Virus record (IMG/VR): IMGVR_UViG_3300033993_000240
Strand: one strand, 5' to 3'
Length of the DNA stretch: 64,000 bases
Origin: an uncultured virus (IMG/VR IMGVR_UViG_3300033993_000240)
Taxonomy: Duplodnaviria; Heunggongvirae; Uroviricota; Caudoviricetes
The stretch's first letter is position 1, and every line of letters starts with the position of its first letter. The notes under the pieces are model-generated. The model saw only the letters and a program-made list of their open reading frames with translations. It was not told the DNA's origin and made no database searches. Positions 1 through 8,454 of this stretch are shown here, piece after piece. A program made the position numbers and the translations under genes.

Positions 1-24
1 GAATTCTTCGTTTAAAAAAGCCAT
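1..24 (-). CDS. 5' end of DUF669-like ssDNA-binding protein (partial)
   Basis: Identical to the start of 33497..33982 (MAFLNEEF). Confidence 0.7.
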
Positions 25-27
25 GAT

Positions 28-432
28 TTACTCCTTGGGGATAATTTTGAAAGATGGGCGGCCAGGCTTGGCCGTGATTGCACCGGCAAGCGGTTTGGTA
101 ATGGACTCATCTGCTGCCTTCCAGATGGCCATGTTGATCTCAGGCTTCCAGCGAAACAGCTTGGCCAAGTGATCGGTCAGACCGAACTCAGCGGCAAGCT
201 CTTGCACCTTGTCTCCGTCAACCTTGCGGTCGATGCGGCCAACGATCTTGATCTCAAATCGACCAGGCTCGACGGTCTCTGTGCCTTCAAGGTTTTCGGC
301 AATAGTTGCCAGCTTCTTGATGTGGTCCTCAATATCGCGTCGATCCGCTGTCGCATCTTCTTCCTGCTTCTTGCAAGCCAGCCACATGGTGGCCAGCTCA
401 TTCATGTCATTGGGCAAAGTCTTGGTAGTCAT
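28..432 (-). CDS. Conserved phage protein in recombination module (134 aa)
   Basis: Conserved in both units; ATGA overlap with the AAA gene. Confidence 0.75.
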   Translation of the reverse strand: MTTKTLPNDMNELATMWLACKKQEEDATADRRDIEDHIKKLATIAENLEGTETVEPGRFEIKIVGRIDRKVDGDKVQELAAEFGLTDHLAKLFRWKPEINMAIWKAADESITKPLAGAITAKPGRPSFKIIPKE

Positions 433-1106
433 GCTTTGCCTCCGATCTTGGCAATGATTGCACCCAGATCAGGCGCTTCCCAAGCCTCCAATTTGCCAGA
501 GCGATCCTTGGCCAACCAAAGGCCATCAGAGTCGCACATCAGCGCACGCTGGGTCACACCCTCGGCATCGCGCTCAACACGCAGCGCCAGCACTTCATCA
601 AAGAAGTAAGGCAGGCCTTGTGTCAGGCTCTTGCCAGGCATGCCTGGGTTGTAGAGCATCTTGCCCATCTCATCGGTTGACTTCTCCAGCTTGGCCGACA
701 TGTAAACATGCTTGCCTGGCAAATCGCGGAAGGCGCGAATCAGCTCCTGCATGGTGCTGTTCATCTCGCCATACGCTGCGCGGCCATCCTTAGACTTCTT
801 CATCTCATGGGACAACACCACCTCAGCAACTTCGCTGATCGAGTCAAGCGCCACCGACTGAAAGCCTGCGGCCTCCTTGCTGTCTCTGGCCCATGTGAAG
901 GCCTCGCGCAAGTCGTCCATCGAGGCGATCTCGATGTAAGGCAGGTCAGCGTCCTGAATGGACAGCAGGCCACCCTCGGCACTGAGAACGATCACATTGG
1001 GCAGGGTCTTGACGAGCGTGGTCTTACCAGCACCAGCCTGTCCATACACCAACAACTTCACTCCATTGGCAGACAAGCTGCCGGTCGATTTCAAATTGAT
1101 AGCCAT
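429..1106 (-). CDS. AAA_24 / Sak4-like ATPase (putative ssDNA-annealing recombinase)
   Basis: Walker A YGQAGAGKTT, SAEGG, Walker B VALDSISE, AKDRSG; near the SSB and nuclease genes. Confidence 0.8.
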   Translation of the reverse strand: MAINLKSTGSLSANGVKLLVYGQAGAGKTTLVKTLPNVIVLSAEGGLLSIQDADLPYIEIASMDDLREAFTWARDSKEAAGFQSVALDSISEVAEVVLSHEMKKSKDGRAAYGEMNSTMQELIRAFRDLPGKHVYMSAKLEKSTDEMGKMLYNPGMPGKSLTQGLPYFFDEVLALRVERDAEGVTQRALMCDSDGLWLAKDRSGKLEAWEAPDLGAIIAKIGGKA

Positions 1107-1153
1107 TTGGCTCTCCTATTTTTTGCACCTCCGTCTGGGAATCAGTTCGAGGT

Positions 1154-1195
1154 GTGCTTGCATCATAAACCAAAAATAAGGTATAGTGCAAGCAC
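1154..1195. promoter_or_regulatory. Overlapping divergent sigma70-like promoters inside a 9-bp inverted repeat
   Basis: + strand TTGCAT-N18-TATAGT; - strand TTGCAC-N18-TATGAT; arms GTGCTTGCA/TGCAAGCAC; lies between divergent operons. Confidence 0.7.
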
Positions 1196-1226
1196 TTCCG
1201 CAAATATTTTTTCTAAGGTGCAAATT

Positions 1227-1412
1227 ATGATGACTGTTGAGCAGATCAAAAAACGGCTGGAAGATGCCAATCTCAAGCGAGTGGCCGAGAATGCTGGCGT
1301 GCATCCAGCCACGGTTTACAGGTTCATGCAAGAGGAATCCAAGCCCCTGTATGAGACGGTCAAAGCCCTGAGCGACTACCTCAGCAGGCAGGAGGCCACA
1401 ATCAATGGCTGA
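1227..1412 (+). CDS. Cro-like HTH regulator (61 aa)
   Basis: LKRVAENAGVHPATVYRF helix-turn-helix; conserved in unit B. Confidence 0.8.
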   Translation: MMTVEQIKKRLEDANLKRVAENAGVHPATVYRFMQEESKPLYETVKALSDYLSRQEATING

Positions 1413-3414
1413 CCTCTCAAAAGTGCTCGGTGGACCTTGGGCACCACCACCAGAAAAACTCGTCGCACCACCAGAGGCGCAGCTCATTGACGCAATGCGT
1501 GCGGCAGGCCTTGAGCCACCAGACGAAGTCTTGATGGATGGAAAAATTCATCGATTCCGATCAGGCACCAAAGGCGCACCTGGCCACGGTGACAAGCCAG
1601 GCTGGTATCTGGTGTTCGGTGATGGCATCCCAGCTGGTCGATTCGGATGCTGGCGAGCAGGCATGGAAGTGACATGGCGTGCAGACGTAGGAAGAAAACT
1701 CACGCAGACCGAGGAAATGTCACACGCCAAGCGACTGGCCGAGGCCAAAGCCCTGCGAGACGCAGCACTCGAGCGCCAGCACCAAGTGGCCAGCGACACA
1801 GTCGAGAAAATATGGACAGGCGCACAGGCAGCACTTCCAGATCATCCCTACTTGGCCAAAAAAGGGATTCAAACGCATGGTGCAAGGGCAACAGGAGACG
1901 GTCGGCTGGTGCTGCCACTTTATGACGAAGATGGAACTCTGGCCACCCTGCAATACATCGACCACGAAGGCGGCAAGCTCTATCACCCAGGCGGTCAGAC
2001 AGGTGGCAAGTTCTGGATGGTAGGCTCACTAGATGAGCCTGGCACACTGTTCGTGGCCGAGGGATTCGCTACCGCAGCCACAATCCATGAAACCACCGAC
2101 AGGCCAGTCGTGGTGGCCTACAGCGCCAGCAATCTGGTGCCTGTCACTGGCACACTCAGGGAAATGTATGGAGCAACTCAAGACATCGTGATCGTCGCAG
2201 ACCATGACCAAAGCGGTGTCGGCCAACGCTACGCAGAGCAAGCCAGTGCCAAATACGGTGCACGCATGGTGATGCCTCCGATCCTCGGTGATGCCAACGA
2301 TTATGCACAGGCTGGCCACGATCTGGCAGGCCTACTGATGCCAATCAAAGACGACTGGCTCATCCCAGCCGATGACTTCTGCGCCCAGCCAAGCCCCATC
2401 AGCTGGCTGGTCAAGCGGTGGATTCAATCCCAAGCCTTGGTGATGGTCCACGGCCCAAGCGGTGGCGGCAAGACATTCGTGGTGCTCGACTGGTGCCTGC
2501 GCATGGCCAGCGGAACAGAAGACTGGGCAGGCCACAAGGTGCGCCAAGGCAACGTGGTCTATCTGGCAGGCGAAGGCCACCACGGTCTGCGCGGCAGGGT
2601 AGCAGCATGGAAGCACCACCACAAAGCAGGCAAGCTGGCCATGTGGCTCTCAAAAGATGGTTGCGACCTCAACACCCCGACCGGATACCTCAAAGTGGTC
2701 GAGCAAGTAAGAATGCTGAAAGACAGACCCAGCGTGATCGTGGTCGACACCCTGCACCGATTCCTATCAGGCGATGAAAACAGCGCACAGGATGCCAAGA
2801 CCATGCTGGACGCATGCAACGCACTCATGCAGGAATTCAACTGCTCGGTGATCTTGGTGCACCACACAGGCGTGGCTGAGGAAGCCCAGCACAGGGCGCG
2901 AGGCTCAAGCGCATGGCGAGGTGCTCTGGACATCGAGATCAGCATCGTGCCAGGCAAAGAAGGCGTGCCCATGCAGATTGTGCAGCGCAAATCCAAAGAC
3001 GCAGAACTGGCCGAGACTATCTACGTTGAGCTGCAACAAGTGGCCATCCCAGGCTGGCGCGATGAAGACGACCAGCAAGTGACAAGCGCTGTGATCGTCC
3101 AAGCTGAAGCCCCCACAGCCCCGAAAAAAGAGTCGAAACTGGACGCGCACCGCAAAGCATTCGAGAACGCATGGTGGGGTACAGGCGCTGAAATACGCGA
3201 GGGTTTACCCTATGTCAGCAGGTCAGCACTCAAAGACAAGCTGGCAGCCGATGGCAGAAAACCCAGAACGATCGAGAACGATCTGAGCGCGGCCTACCCA
3301 GAAAAACTAATCGGTGCACTCATCCTGTCCGAGATCATCAGCCCACTTGAACACGGCTGGATGGTGATCGATGATGTGCAAGCCAGTGCCATGATGATGC
3401 GAAAAGGTGGCTAA
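1405..3414 (+). CDS. Primase-helicase (TOPRIM + AAA_25/RepA-like helicase)
   Basis: HPYL..KG, VAEGFATA, IVADHD, GDANDY TOPRIM motifs; GPSGGGKT Walker A; VVDTL, GDEN, LVHHTG, RGSSA. Confidence 0.88.
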   Translation: MADLSKVLGGPWAPPPEKLVAPPEAQLIDAMRAAGLEPPDEVLMDGKIHRFRSGTKGAPGHGDKPGWYLVFGDGIPAGRFGCWRAGMEVTWRADVGRKLTQTEEMSHAKRLAEAKALRDAALERQHQVASDTVEKIWTGAQAALPDHPYLAKKGIQTHGARATGDGRLVLPLYDEDGTLATLQYIDHEGGKLYHPGGQTGGKFWMVGSLDEPGTLFVAEGFATAATIHETTDRPVVVAYSASNLVPVTGTLREMYGATQDIVIVADHDQSGVGQRYAEQASAKYGARMVMPPILGDANDYAQAGHDLAGLLMPIKDDWLIPADDFCAQPSPISWLVKRWIQSQALVMVHGPSGGGKTFVVLDWCLRMASGTEDWAGHKVRQGNVVYLAGEGHHGLRGRVAAWKHHHKAGKLAMWLSKDGCDLNTPTGYLKVVEQVRMLKDRPSVIVVDTLHRFLSGDENSAQDAKTMLDACNALMQEFNCSVILVHHTGVAEEAQHRARGSSAWRGALDIEISIVPGKEGVPMQIVQRKSKDAELAETIYVELQQVAIPGWRDEDDQQVTSAVIVQAEAPTAPKKESKLDAHRKAFENAWWGTGAEIREGLPYVSRSALKDKLAADGRKPRTIENDLSAAYPEKLIGALILSEIISPLEHGWMVIDDVQASAMMMRKGG

Positions 3415-3422
3415 GAATGAAT

Positions 3423-3534
3423 CCCCCTAGCCCCCTGAATCCCCCTAGGGGGCAAATCAGGGTTAGGGGGCAAAACGCTCGAAAAGCCCCCTCCCCTCCC
3501 CTCACACCCTTTAGGGTGAGGGGGACAGGGGGGC
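3423..3534. repeat. Two C-rich/G-rich inverted repeats (candidate replication origin)
   Basis: CCCCCTAGGGGG palindrome with flanking arms, then a second CCCC/GGGG hairpin, directly after the primase-helicase. Confidence 0.6.
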
Positions 3535-3562
3535 ATCGATGCGGCAGATTTTGAAGGTGAAG

Positions 3563-3571
3563 TTATCCACA
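3563..3571 (+). promoter_or_regulatory. Perfect DnaA-box sequence
   Basis: TTATCCACA beside the hairpins; single copy, unit A only. Confidence 0.3.
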
Positions 3572-3592
3572 GAAAGGTGAGCAAGTACTAAC

Positions 3593-3775
3593 ATGAACAA
3601 CAAACGTGAAACCCCAAACTTTGTAAGCTGGCAACATGACACGCTGGCCAAGTTTGCAACCGAGGTCTACATCCGACTTCAAGATGAGCAGGCCGCAAAC
3701 GAGCAACTCAGGATGGATTTAAAAGATGCCATGAAACTAGCGCGAATCGAAAACATGAAGGACAATGCAGCATGA
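3593..3775 (+). CDS. Small coiled-coil protein (60 aa)
   Basis: Conserved in both units; ATGA overlap with terS. Confidence 0.7.
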   Translation: MNNKRETPNFVSWQHDTLAKFATEVYIRLQDEQAANEQLRMDLKDAMKLARIENMKDNAA

Positions 3776-4224
3776 CCACAAAATCACACAAAGCAAAAGC
3801 TCCAACCAAGCGAACTAAGCCTGGCAGTGAAGATCGAGCCGTGATCGCTGACATGGTGCTAGAAGGAATGCGAAACGGCTTGAGCGCATTTAAAGCATGT
3901 CAAGCAGCTGGTGTTCCTCAAAGTACTTTTTCACGGTGGGTGGATGATGATGCTATCCTTGCGGAGAATTACGCGCGCGCGAGGGAAGACCTGATCGAAC
4001 GCATGGCCACAGAGATCATGGAGATCAGCGATCAAGACGTTGGCGTGGCCGTGGATGGCAAAAAAGACTGGGCGGCAGTGCAGAAACACAGACTACAGGT
4101 TGACACACGCAAATGGCTGTTGTCCAAACTGGCCCCAAAGAAGTTTGGCGACAAGATCGAAGTGTCTGGCGATCCTGCCAATCCCCTGGTGCAAAGAATT
4201 GAGCGCGTGGTGGTCAAAGCATGA
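3772..4224 (+). CDS. terS: Terminase small subunit
   Basis: HTH, YARAR, RLQVDTRKWLLSKLAPKKFGDK (Sf6/P22-like TerS pattern); upstream of terL. Confidence 0.88.
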   Translation: MTTKSHKAKAPTKRTKPGSEDRAVIADMVLEGMRNGLSAFKACQAAGVPQSTFSRWVDDDAILAENYARAREDLIERMATEIMEISDQDVGVAVDGKKDWAAVQKHRLQVDTRKWLLSKLAPKKFGDKIEVSGDPANPLVQRIERVVVKA

Positions 4225-5065
4225 GTGACCCATTCAAAATTACCGAGCCAACTTGCATCAGTTTTAGTGGTGGACGCACTAGCGCTTATATGCTGTGGCG
4301 TGTTATTCAAAGCGGGGGGGGCAACTTCCATGCCAAACCGTTGTCTGTTTTGCCAATACTGGCAAGGAAGATGAGGCCACTTTGAAATTCGTTAAAGACT
4401 GCTCAGAGCAATGGAACGTGCCAATTACTTGGCTTGAATATCAACCAGAAGCGCCAGGTTTTAAGGTGGTGGATTTTGAAACAGCCAGCCGCAATGGTGA
4501 GCCTTTTTCAAAAATTATTGATAAGCGCAACTACCTACCAAACCCAGTTGCTCGTTTTTGCACTGTAGAACTGAAGATTCAGCCTGAGCACAAATACCTC
4601 AAGTCAATAGGCTGGAGTGAATGGGACAACATGGTTGGCATTCGCGCAGATGAACCTAGGCGCGTGGCCAAAATCAAAGCAAATCCAAGCGGAGGTAAAG
4701 CAGGACCTGAACGAATCATGCCACTTGCACAGGCAAACATTACTAAGGACGATGTGGGCCTTTTTTGGCGCGATCAGGCTTTTGATTTAGGTCTGCCAAA
4801 CCATAATGGAGTTACATATCACGGAAATTGTGATTTATGCTTTTTAAAAGGCGCGTCACAAATTTTGTCCCTGATTGCAGAAAAGCCACAGCGAGCTGCT
4901 TGGTGGGCGAAAATGGAGACAAGCATTACTAATGCAAAGATTCAAAATGGTGGACGATTTCGATCTGATCGGCCTAGTTATGCACAAATGGCAAAGTTTG
5001 CTGATGAGCAAAAAGACATGTTTGATCACAATGAAGAAGCCATTGCATGCTTCTGTGGGGATTAA
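4221..5065 (+). pseudogene. PAPS-reductase-family (PP-loop, Fe-S) protein split by a frameshift at G8 (4314-4321)
   Basis: Frame from 4221 gives ISFSGGRTS and stops at 4385. The -1 frame continues CFANTGKE, RFCT..LK, GIRADE..R, NCDLCF, CFCGD. One extra G restores a single ORF. Confidence 0.8.
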
Positions 5066-5068
5066 GGC

Positions 5069-6292
5069 ATGACAGTTCTACAGCTTCCAACCCCTGAATG
5101 GGCATTGCCCTTGCTAGAGCCAAGCCGATACAAAGGCGCTTGGGGTGGCCGAGGCTCTGGCAAGTCCCACATGTTTGCCGAGCTGATGATCGAGGCCCAC
5201 ATCATGGACCAGAAGCGCAGAAGCGTCTGCGTGCGTGAAATCCAGAAGTCGCTCAACCAGTCAGTCAAGCGCCTGCTCGAAACCAAGATCGAGCAAATGA
5301 ACGCTGGCGCATATTTTGAGGTGCAAGAGGCCGTGATCAAGTCTCGCAAAGGCGATGGCATGATCATCTTCCAAGGCATGCAAAACCACACAGCCGACTC
5401 GATCAAGTCGCTCGAAGGATACGACTGCGCTTGGGTGGAGGAGGCTCAAAGCCTGAGCCAGACCAGCCTCGACCTGCTGCGGCCAACCATTCGCAAGCCA
5501 GAGTCCGAACTATGGTTCACGTGGAACCCACGCCAGCAGAACGACCCAGTCGACTTCCTGCTGCGCGGTCCAACACCGCCAAAGGATGCGCAAGTCCTGA
5601 AGGTCAACTTCACCGACAACCCTTGGTTTCCACAAGTCCTGCGAGACGAGATGGAGTACGACAAGAGGCGCGACCCAGACAAATATCAGCATGTCTGGAT
5701 GGGAAGCTACCTCACAAACAGCAACACCCGAGTGTTCAAGAACTGGCGCGTCGAGGACTTCGAGGCACCACCAGACGCAATCCACAGGCTTGGTGCAGAC
5801 TGGGGCTTCGCGGTCGACCCGACCACACTGGTGCGCTGCCACATCGTTGGCCGCACGCTCTACATCGACTACGAGGCCTACATGGTTGGCTGCGAGATCG
5901 TGAACACACCCGAGCTGTTCATGCAGGTGCCCGAGGCTGAGAAGTGGCCAATCGTGGCCGACTCAGCAAGGCCAGAGACGATCAGCCACATGAAAAAGAA
6001 TGGCTTTCCAAAGATCATGACAGCGGTCAAAGGCCCGAAGTCGGTCGAGGAAGGCATCGAGTTCCTGAAAAACTACGACATCGTGGTGCACCCTCGATGC
6101 ATCCATACCATTGACGAGCTGACGCTGTACAGTTACAAGCAAGACCCTCTGACCGGAAAAATCTTGCCGGTGCTCGAAGACAAGAAAAACCACGTGATCG
6201 ATGCCCTGCGTTATGCCTGCGAAGGTGTGAGACGATCGGCCATCACGAAGCCTGCAACATTCACTCCATTGCCAAATGTAAAGAAATGGTGA
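5069..6292 (+). CDS. terL: Terminase large subunit (PBSX/SPP1-like)
   Basis: GGRGSGKS, CVRE, WVEEA, TWNP; nuclease motifs GADWGF and NHVIDALRYA. Confidence 0.95.
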   Translation: MTVLQLPTPEWALPLLEPSRYKGAWGGRGSGKSHMFAELMIEAHIMDQKRRSVCVREIQKSLNQSVKRLLETKIEQMNAGAYFEVQEAVIKSRKGDGMIIFQGMQNHTADSIKSLEGYDCAWVEEAQSLSQTSLDLLRPTIRKPESELWFTWNPRQQNDPVDFLLRGPTPPKDAQVLKVNFTDNPWFPQVLRDEMEYDKRRDPDKYQHVWMGSYLTNSNTRVFKNWRVEDFEAPPDAIHRLGADWGFAVDPTTLVRCHIVGRTLYIDYEAYMVGCEIVNTPELFMQVPEAEKWPIVADSARPETISHMKKNGFPKIMTAVKGPKSVEEGIEFLKNYDIVVHPRCIHTIDELTLYSYKQDPLTGKILPVLEDKKNHVIDALRYACEGVRRSAITKPATFTPLPNVKKW

Positions 6293-6298
6293 GAAAAT
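6269..6298 (+). promoter_or_regulatory. Putative promoter before portal
   Basis: TTGCCA-N18-GAAAAT with TG extension; conserved in unit B. Confidence 0.35.
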
Positions 6299-6319
6299 CA
6301 CACAAAATGAGGATATAAC

Positions 6320-8380
6320 ATGGCCCGACTCTCAAACGATCAACGCCTTGCGAACCTGCACGACGAAGCCCTCGCGCAATTCGATGATGTGCAAAGCGCA
6401 CTGCGCGACGAGCGCTTGCAATGCCTGCAAGACAGACGCTTCTACTCCCTAGCAGGCAGCCAGTGGGAAGGCCCACTCTGGGACCAGTACGAAAACAAAC
6501 CCAAGTTCGAGGTCAACAAGATCATGCTGGCCGTGATCCGAGTGGTCAACGAATATCGCAACAACCGCATCACGGTGGACTTCGTCTCCAAAGATGGCGC
6601 TGAGAACGACAAGCTGGCCGAGGTCTGCGATGGCCTCTACCGAGCAGACGAGCAGGCATCGGTGGCCGATGAAGCCTACGACAACGCATTCGAGGAAGCT
6701 GTTGGTGGTGGCATTGGTGCCTGGCGCTTGCGCACAGTCTACGAAAACGAGGAAGACCCAGAGGACGATCGCCAGCGCATCCGCATCGAGCCAATCTTTG
6801 ACGCTGACAGCTCGGTGTTCTTTGACCTTGGTGCTAAACGCCAAGACAAGTCCGATGCCAAGTTCTGCTTTGTCGTCACATCGATGACGCGCCAGGCATA
6901 CAAAGACACATGGGGTGATGACCCGACCGACTGGCCAAAGATCATCCACCAGTATGAATTCGACTGGTGCACTCCCGATGTGGTCTATGTGGCCGAGTAT
7001 TACAAGGTCGAGGAAAAGACCGAGACCATCCGCATTTTCCAGACCATCACAGGCGAGGAAGAACGCTATACCCAAGCCGACTTTGCCAAGGACGAAATGC
7101 TTGAGGAAACTCTGGCAGCAATCGGCACAGTCGAAGTGCGCCAGCGCAGGATCAAGACCAAGCGCGTGCACAAGTACATCATGTCGGGTGGCAAGGTGCT
7201 CGAAGATGCTGGCTACATTGCAGGCAAGTGCATCCCCATCGTGGTCGTCTATGGAAAACGATGGTTTGTTGACAACGTCGAGCGATGCATGGGTCATGTG
7301 CGTCTGGCCAAGGATGCCCAGCGCCTCAAGAACATGCAGCTGTCCAAGCTGGGCGAGATCAGTGCCTTGTCCTCAGTCGAAAAGCCAATTCTCACGCCTG
7401 AACAGGTCGCTGGCCATCAAGTCATGTGGGCAGAGGACAACCTCAAGGACTATCCGTACCTGCTGATCAACCCGATCACAGACCAGAACGGCAACCAGGC
7501 AGTCAGCGGTCCAGTGGCTTACACCAGATCGGCAGCCATCCCACCGGCAATGGCCGCGCTCTTGCAGATCACCGAAACCGACATGCAGGACATCTTGGGC
7601 AACCCAGCTGGCGCAGATAAGATGGTCAGCAACATCTCAGGCAAGGCCGTGGAGATGATTCAGGCCAGAGTTGATGGCCAAGCCTTTATCTACATGAGCA
7701 ACTTTGCCAAAGGCATGAAGCGCTGCGGTGAAATCTGGTTGTCAATGGCCAAGGACATCTACACCGAAGACAAGCGCAAGATGAAGACCATCGCGCCAAC
7801 TGGCGAAGCTGGCATGGTCGAGCTGATGCAGCCAACCATCGATCAGGAAACTGGCGAAGTTGTCATGGCAAACGACCTGACAAGCGCCACATTCGATGTG
7901 ATCGCAGACGTTGGACCATCGAGCAGCACCAAGCGCCAGGCAACTGTCCGCGCCCTGACCGGCATGCTCCAGATCACCCAAGACCCAGAGACAGCCCAGG
8001 TCATCACGGCAATGGCCATGATGAACATGGAAGGCGAAGGCATCAGCGATGCAAATGCGTATTTCCGCAAGAAGCTGCTGCGCATGGGTGTGGTCAAGCC
8101 GACTGACAATGAAGCTGAAGAACTCATGGCCGAAATGCAAGGCCAGCCTCAAGACCCGAATGCCATGTACCTGCAAGCCGCAGCTGAGAATGAAACTGCC
8201 AAGGCAGCCAAAGCCCGAGCCGACACCGTCGAAACCGTGGCCAGCGCAGAACTCAAACGCGCTCAAACGCTGGAGACGCTGGGCAAGGTCGATGAGACCG
8301 CACAGAACATGGCGCTCACAAATGCAGAGGCAGTGCAACAAATTTTGCAAGGCCAGATCGTTCAACCAGTTGTAAGATGA
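6320..8380 (+). CDS. Portal protein (P22 gp1-like)
   Basis: 686 aa after terL; DRRFY..GSQW, GGIGAWRL, G.VR.AKDAQR..N, SGKAV, DVGPS..TKR. Confidence 0.92.
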   Translation: MARLSNDQRLANLHDEALAQFDDVQSALRDERLQCLQDRRFYSLAGSQWEGPLWDQYENKPKFEVNKIMLAVIRVVNEYRNNRITVDFVSKDGAENDKLAEVCDGLYRADEQASVADEAYDNAFEEAVGGGIGAWRLRTVYENEEDPEDDRQRIRIEPIFDADSSVFFDLGAKRQDKSDAKFCFVVTSMTRQAYKDTWGDDPTDWPKIIHQYEFDWCTPDVVYVAEYYKVEEKTETIRIFQTITGEEERYTQADFAKDEMLEETLAAIGTVEVRQRRIKTKRVHKYIMSGGKVLEDAGYIAGKCIPIVVVYGKRWFVDNVERCMGHVRLAKDAQRLKNMQLSKLGEISALSSVEKPILTPEQVAGHQVMWAEDNLKDYPYLLINPITDQNGNQAVSGPVAYTRSAAIPPAMAALLQITETDMQDILGNPAGADKMVSNISGKAVEMIQARVDGQAFIYMSNFAKGMKRCGEIWLSMAKDIYTEDKRKMKTIAPTGEAGMVELMQPTIDQETGEVVMANDLTSATFDVIADVGPSSSTKRQATVRALTGMLQITQDPETAQVITAMAMMNMEGEGISDANAYFRKKLLRMGVVKPTDNEAEELMAEMQGQPQDPNAMYLQAAAENETAKAAKARADTVETVASAELKRAQTLETLGKVDETAQNMALTNAEAVQQILQGQIVQPVVR

Positions 8381-8398
8381 ACGAAAAAGCGCGAGAAT
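8370..8398 (+). promoter_or_regulatory. Putative promoter for scaffold-coat transcript
   Basis: TTGTAA-N17-GAGAAT; identical in unit B. Confidence 0.4.
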
Positions 8399-8404
8399 GT
8401 GATA

Positions 8405-8435
8405 AACGGCATCCACCCAGCCGTTCTAATGGGTG
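8405..8435 (+). promoter_or_regulatory. Predicted H-type RNA pseudoknot in scaffold leader
   Basis: S1 AACGGC/GCCGTT, L1 ATC, S2 CACCCA/TGGGTG, L3 CTAA. Confidence 0.6.
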
Positions 8436-8454
8436 AGTTTGATGGGGTCAGAAG

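Noticed and set aside
1..6. Window starts with an EcoRI site that recurs at 33959, suggesting ligated restriction fragments
   Set aside because: Other GAATTC sites lie inside the units (e.g. near 2833), and the site falls within a conserved gene that reads through intact at 33959
708..1226. 234-aa version of the HTH ORF
   Set aside because: The extension overlaps the AAA gene and promoter and differs in length in unit B; the real start is probably 1227
3409..3420. Primase stop differs by one base (TAA in A, CAA in B) as a sign of stop-codon recoding
   Set aside because: It adds only two residues, and TAA ends many other genes normally
4295..5065. ORF-track 256-aa protein as a complete cysH auxiliary metabolic gene
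   Set aside because: The PP-loop lies in another frame upstream, and no other sulfur-metabolism genes are present
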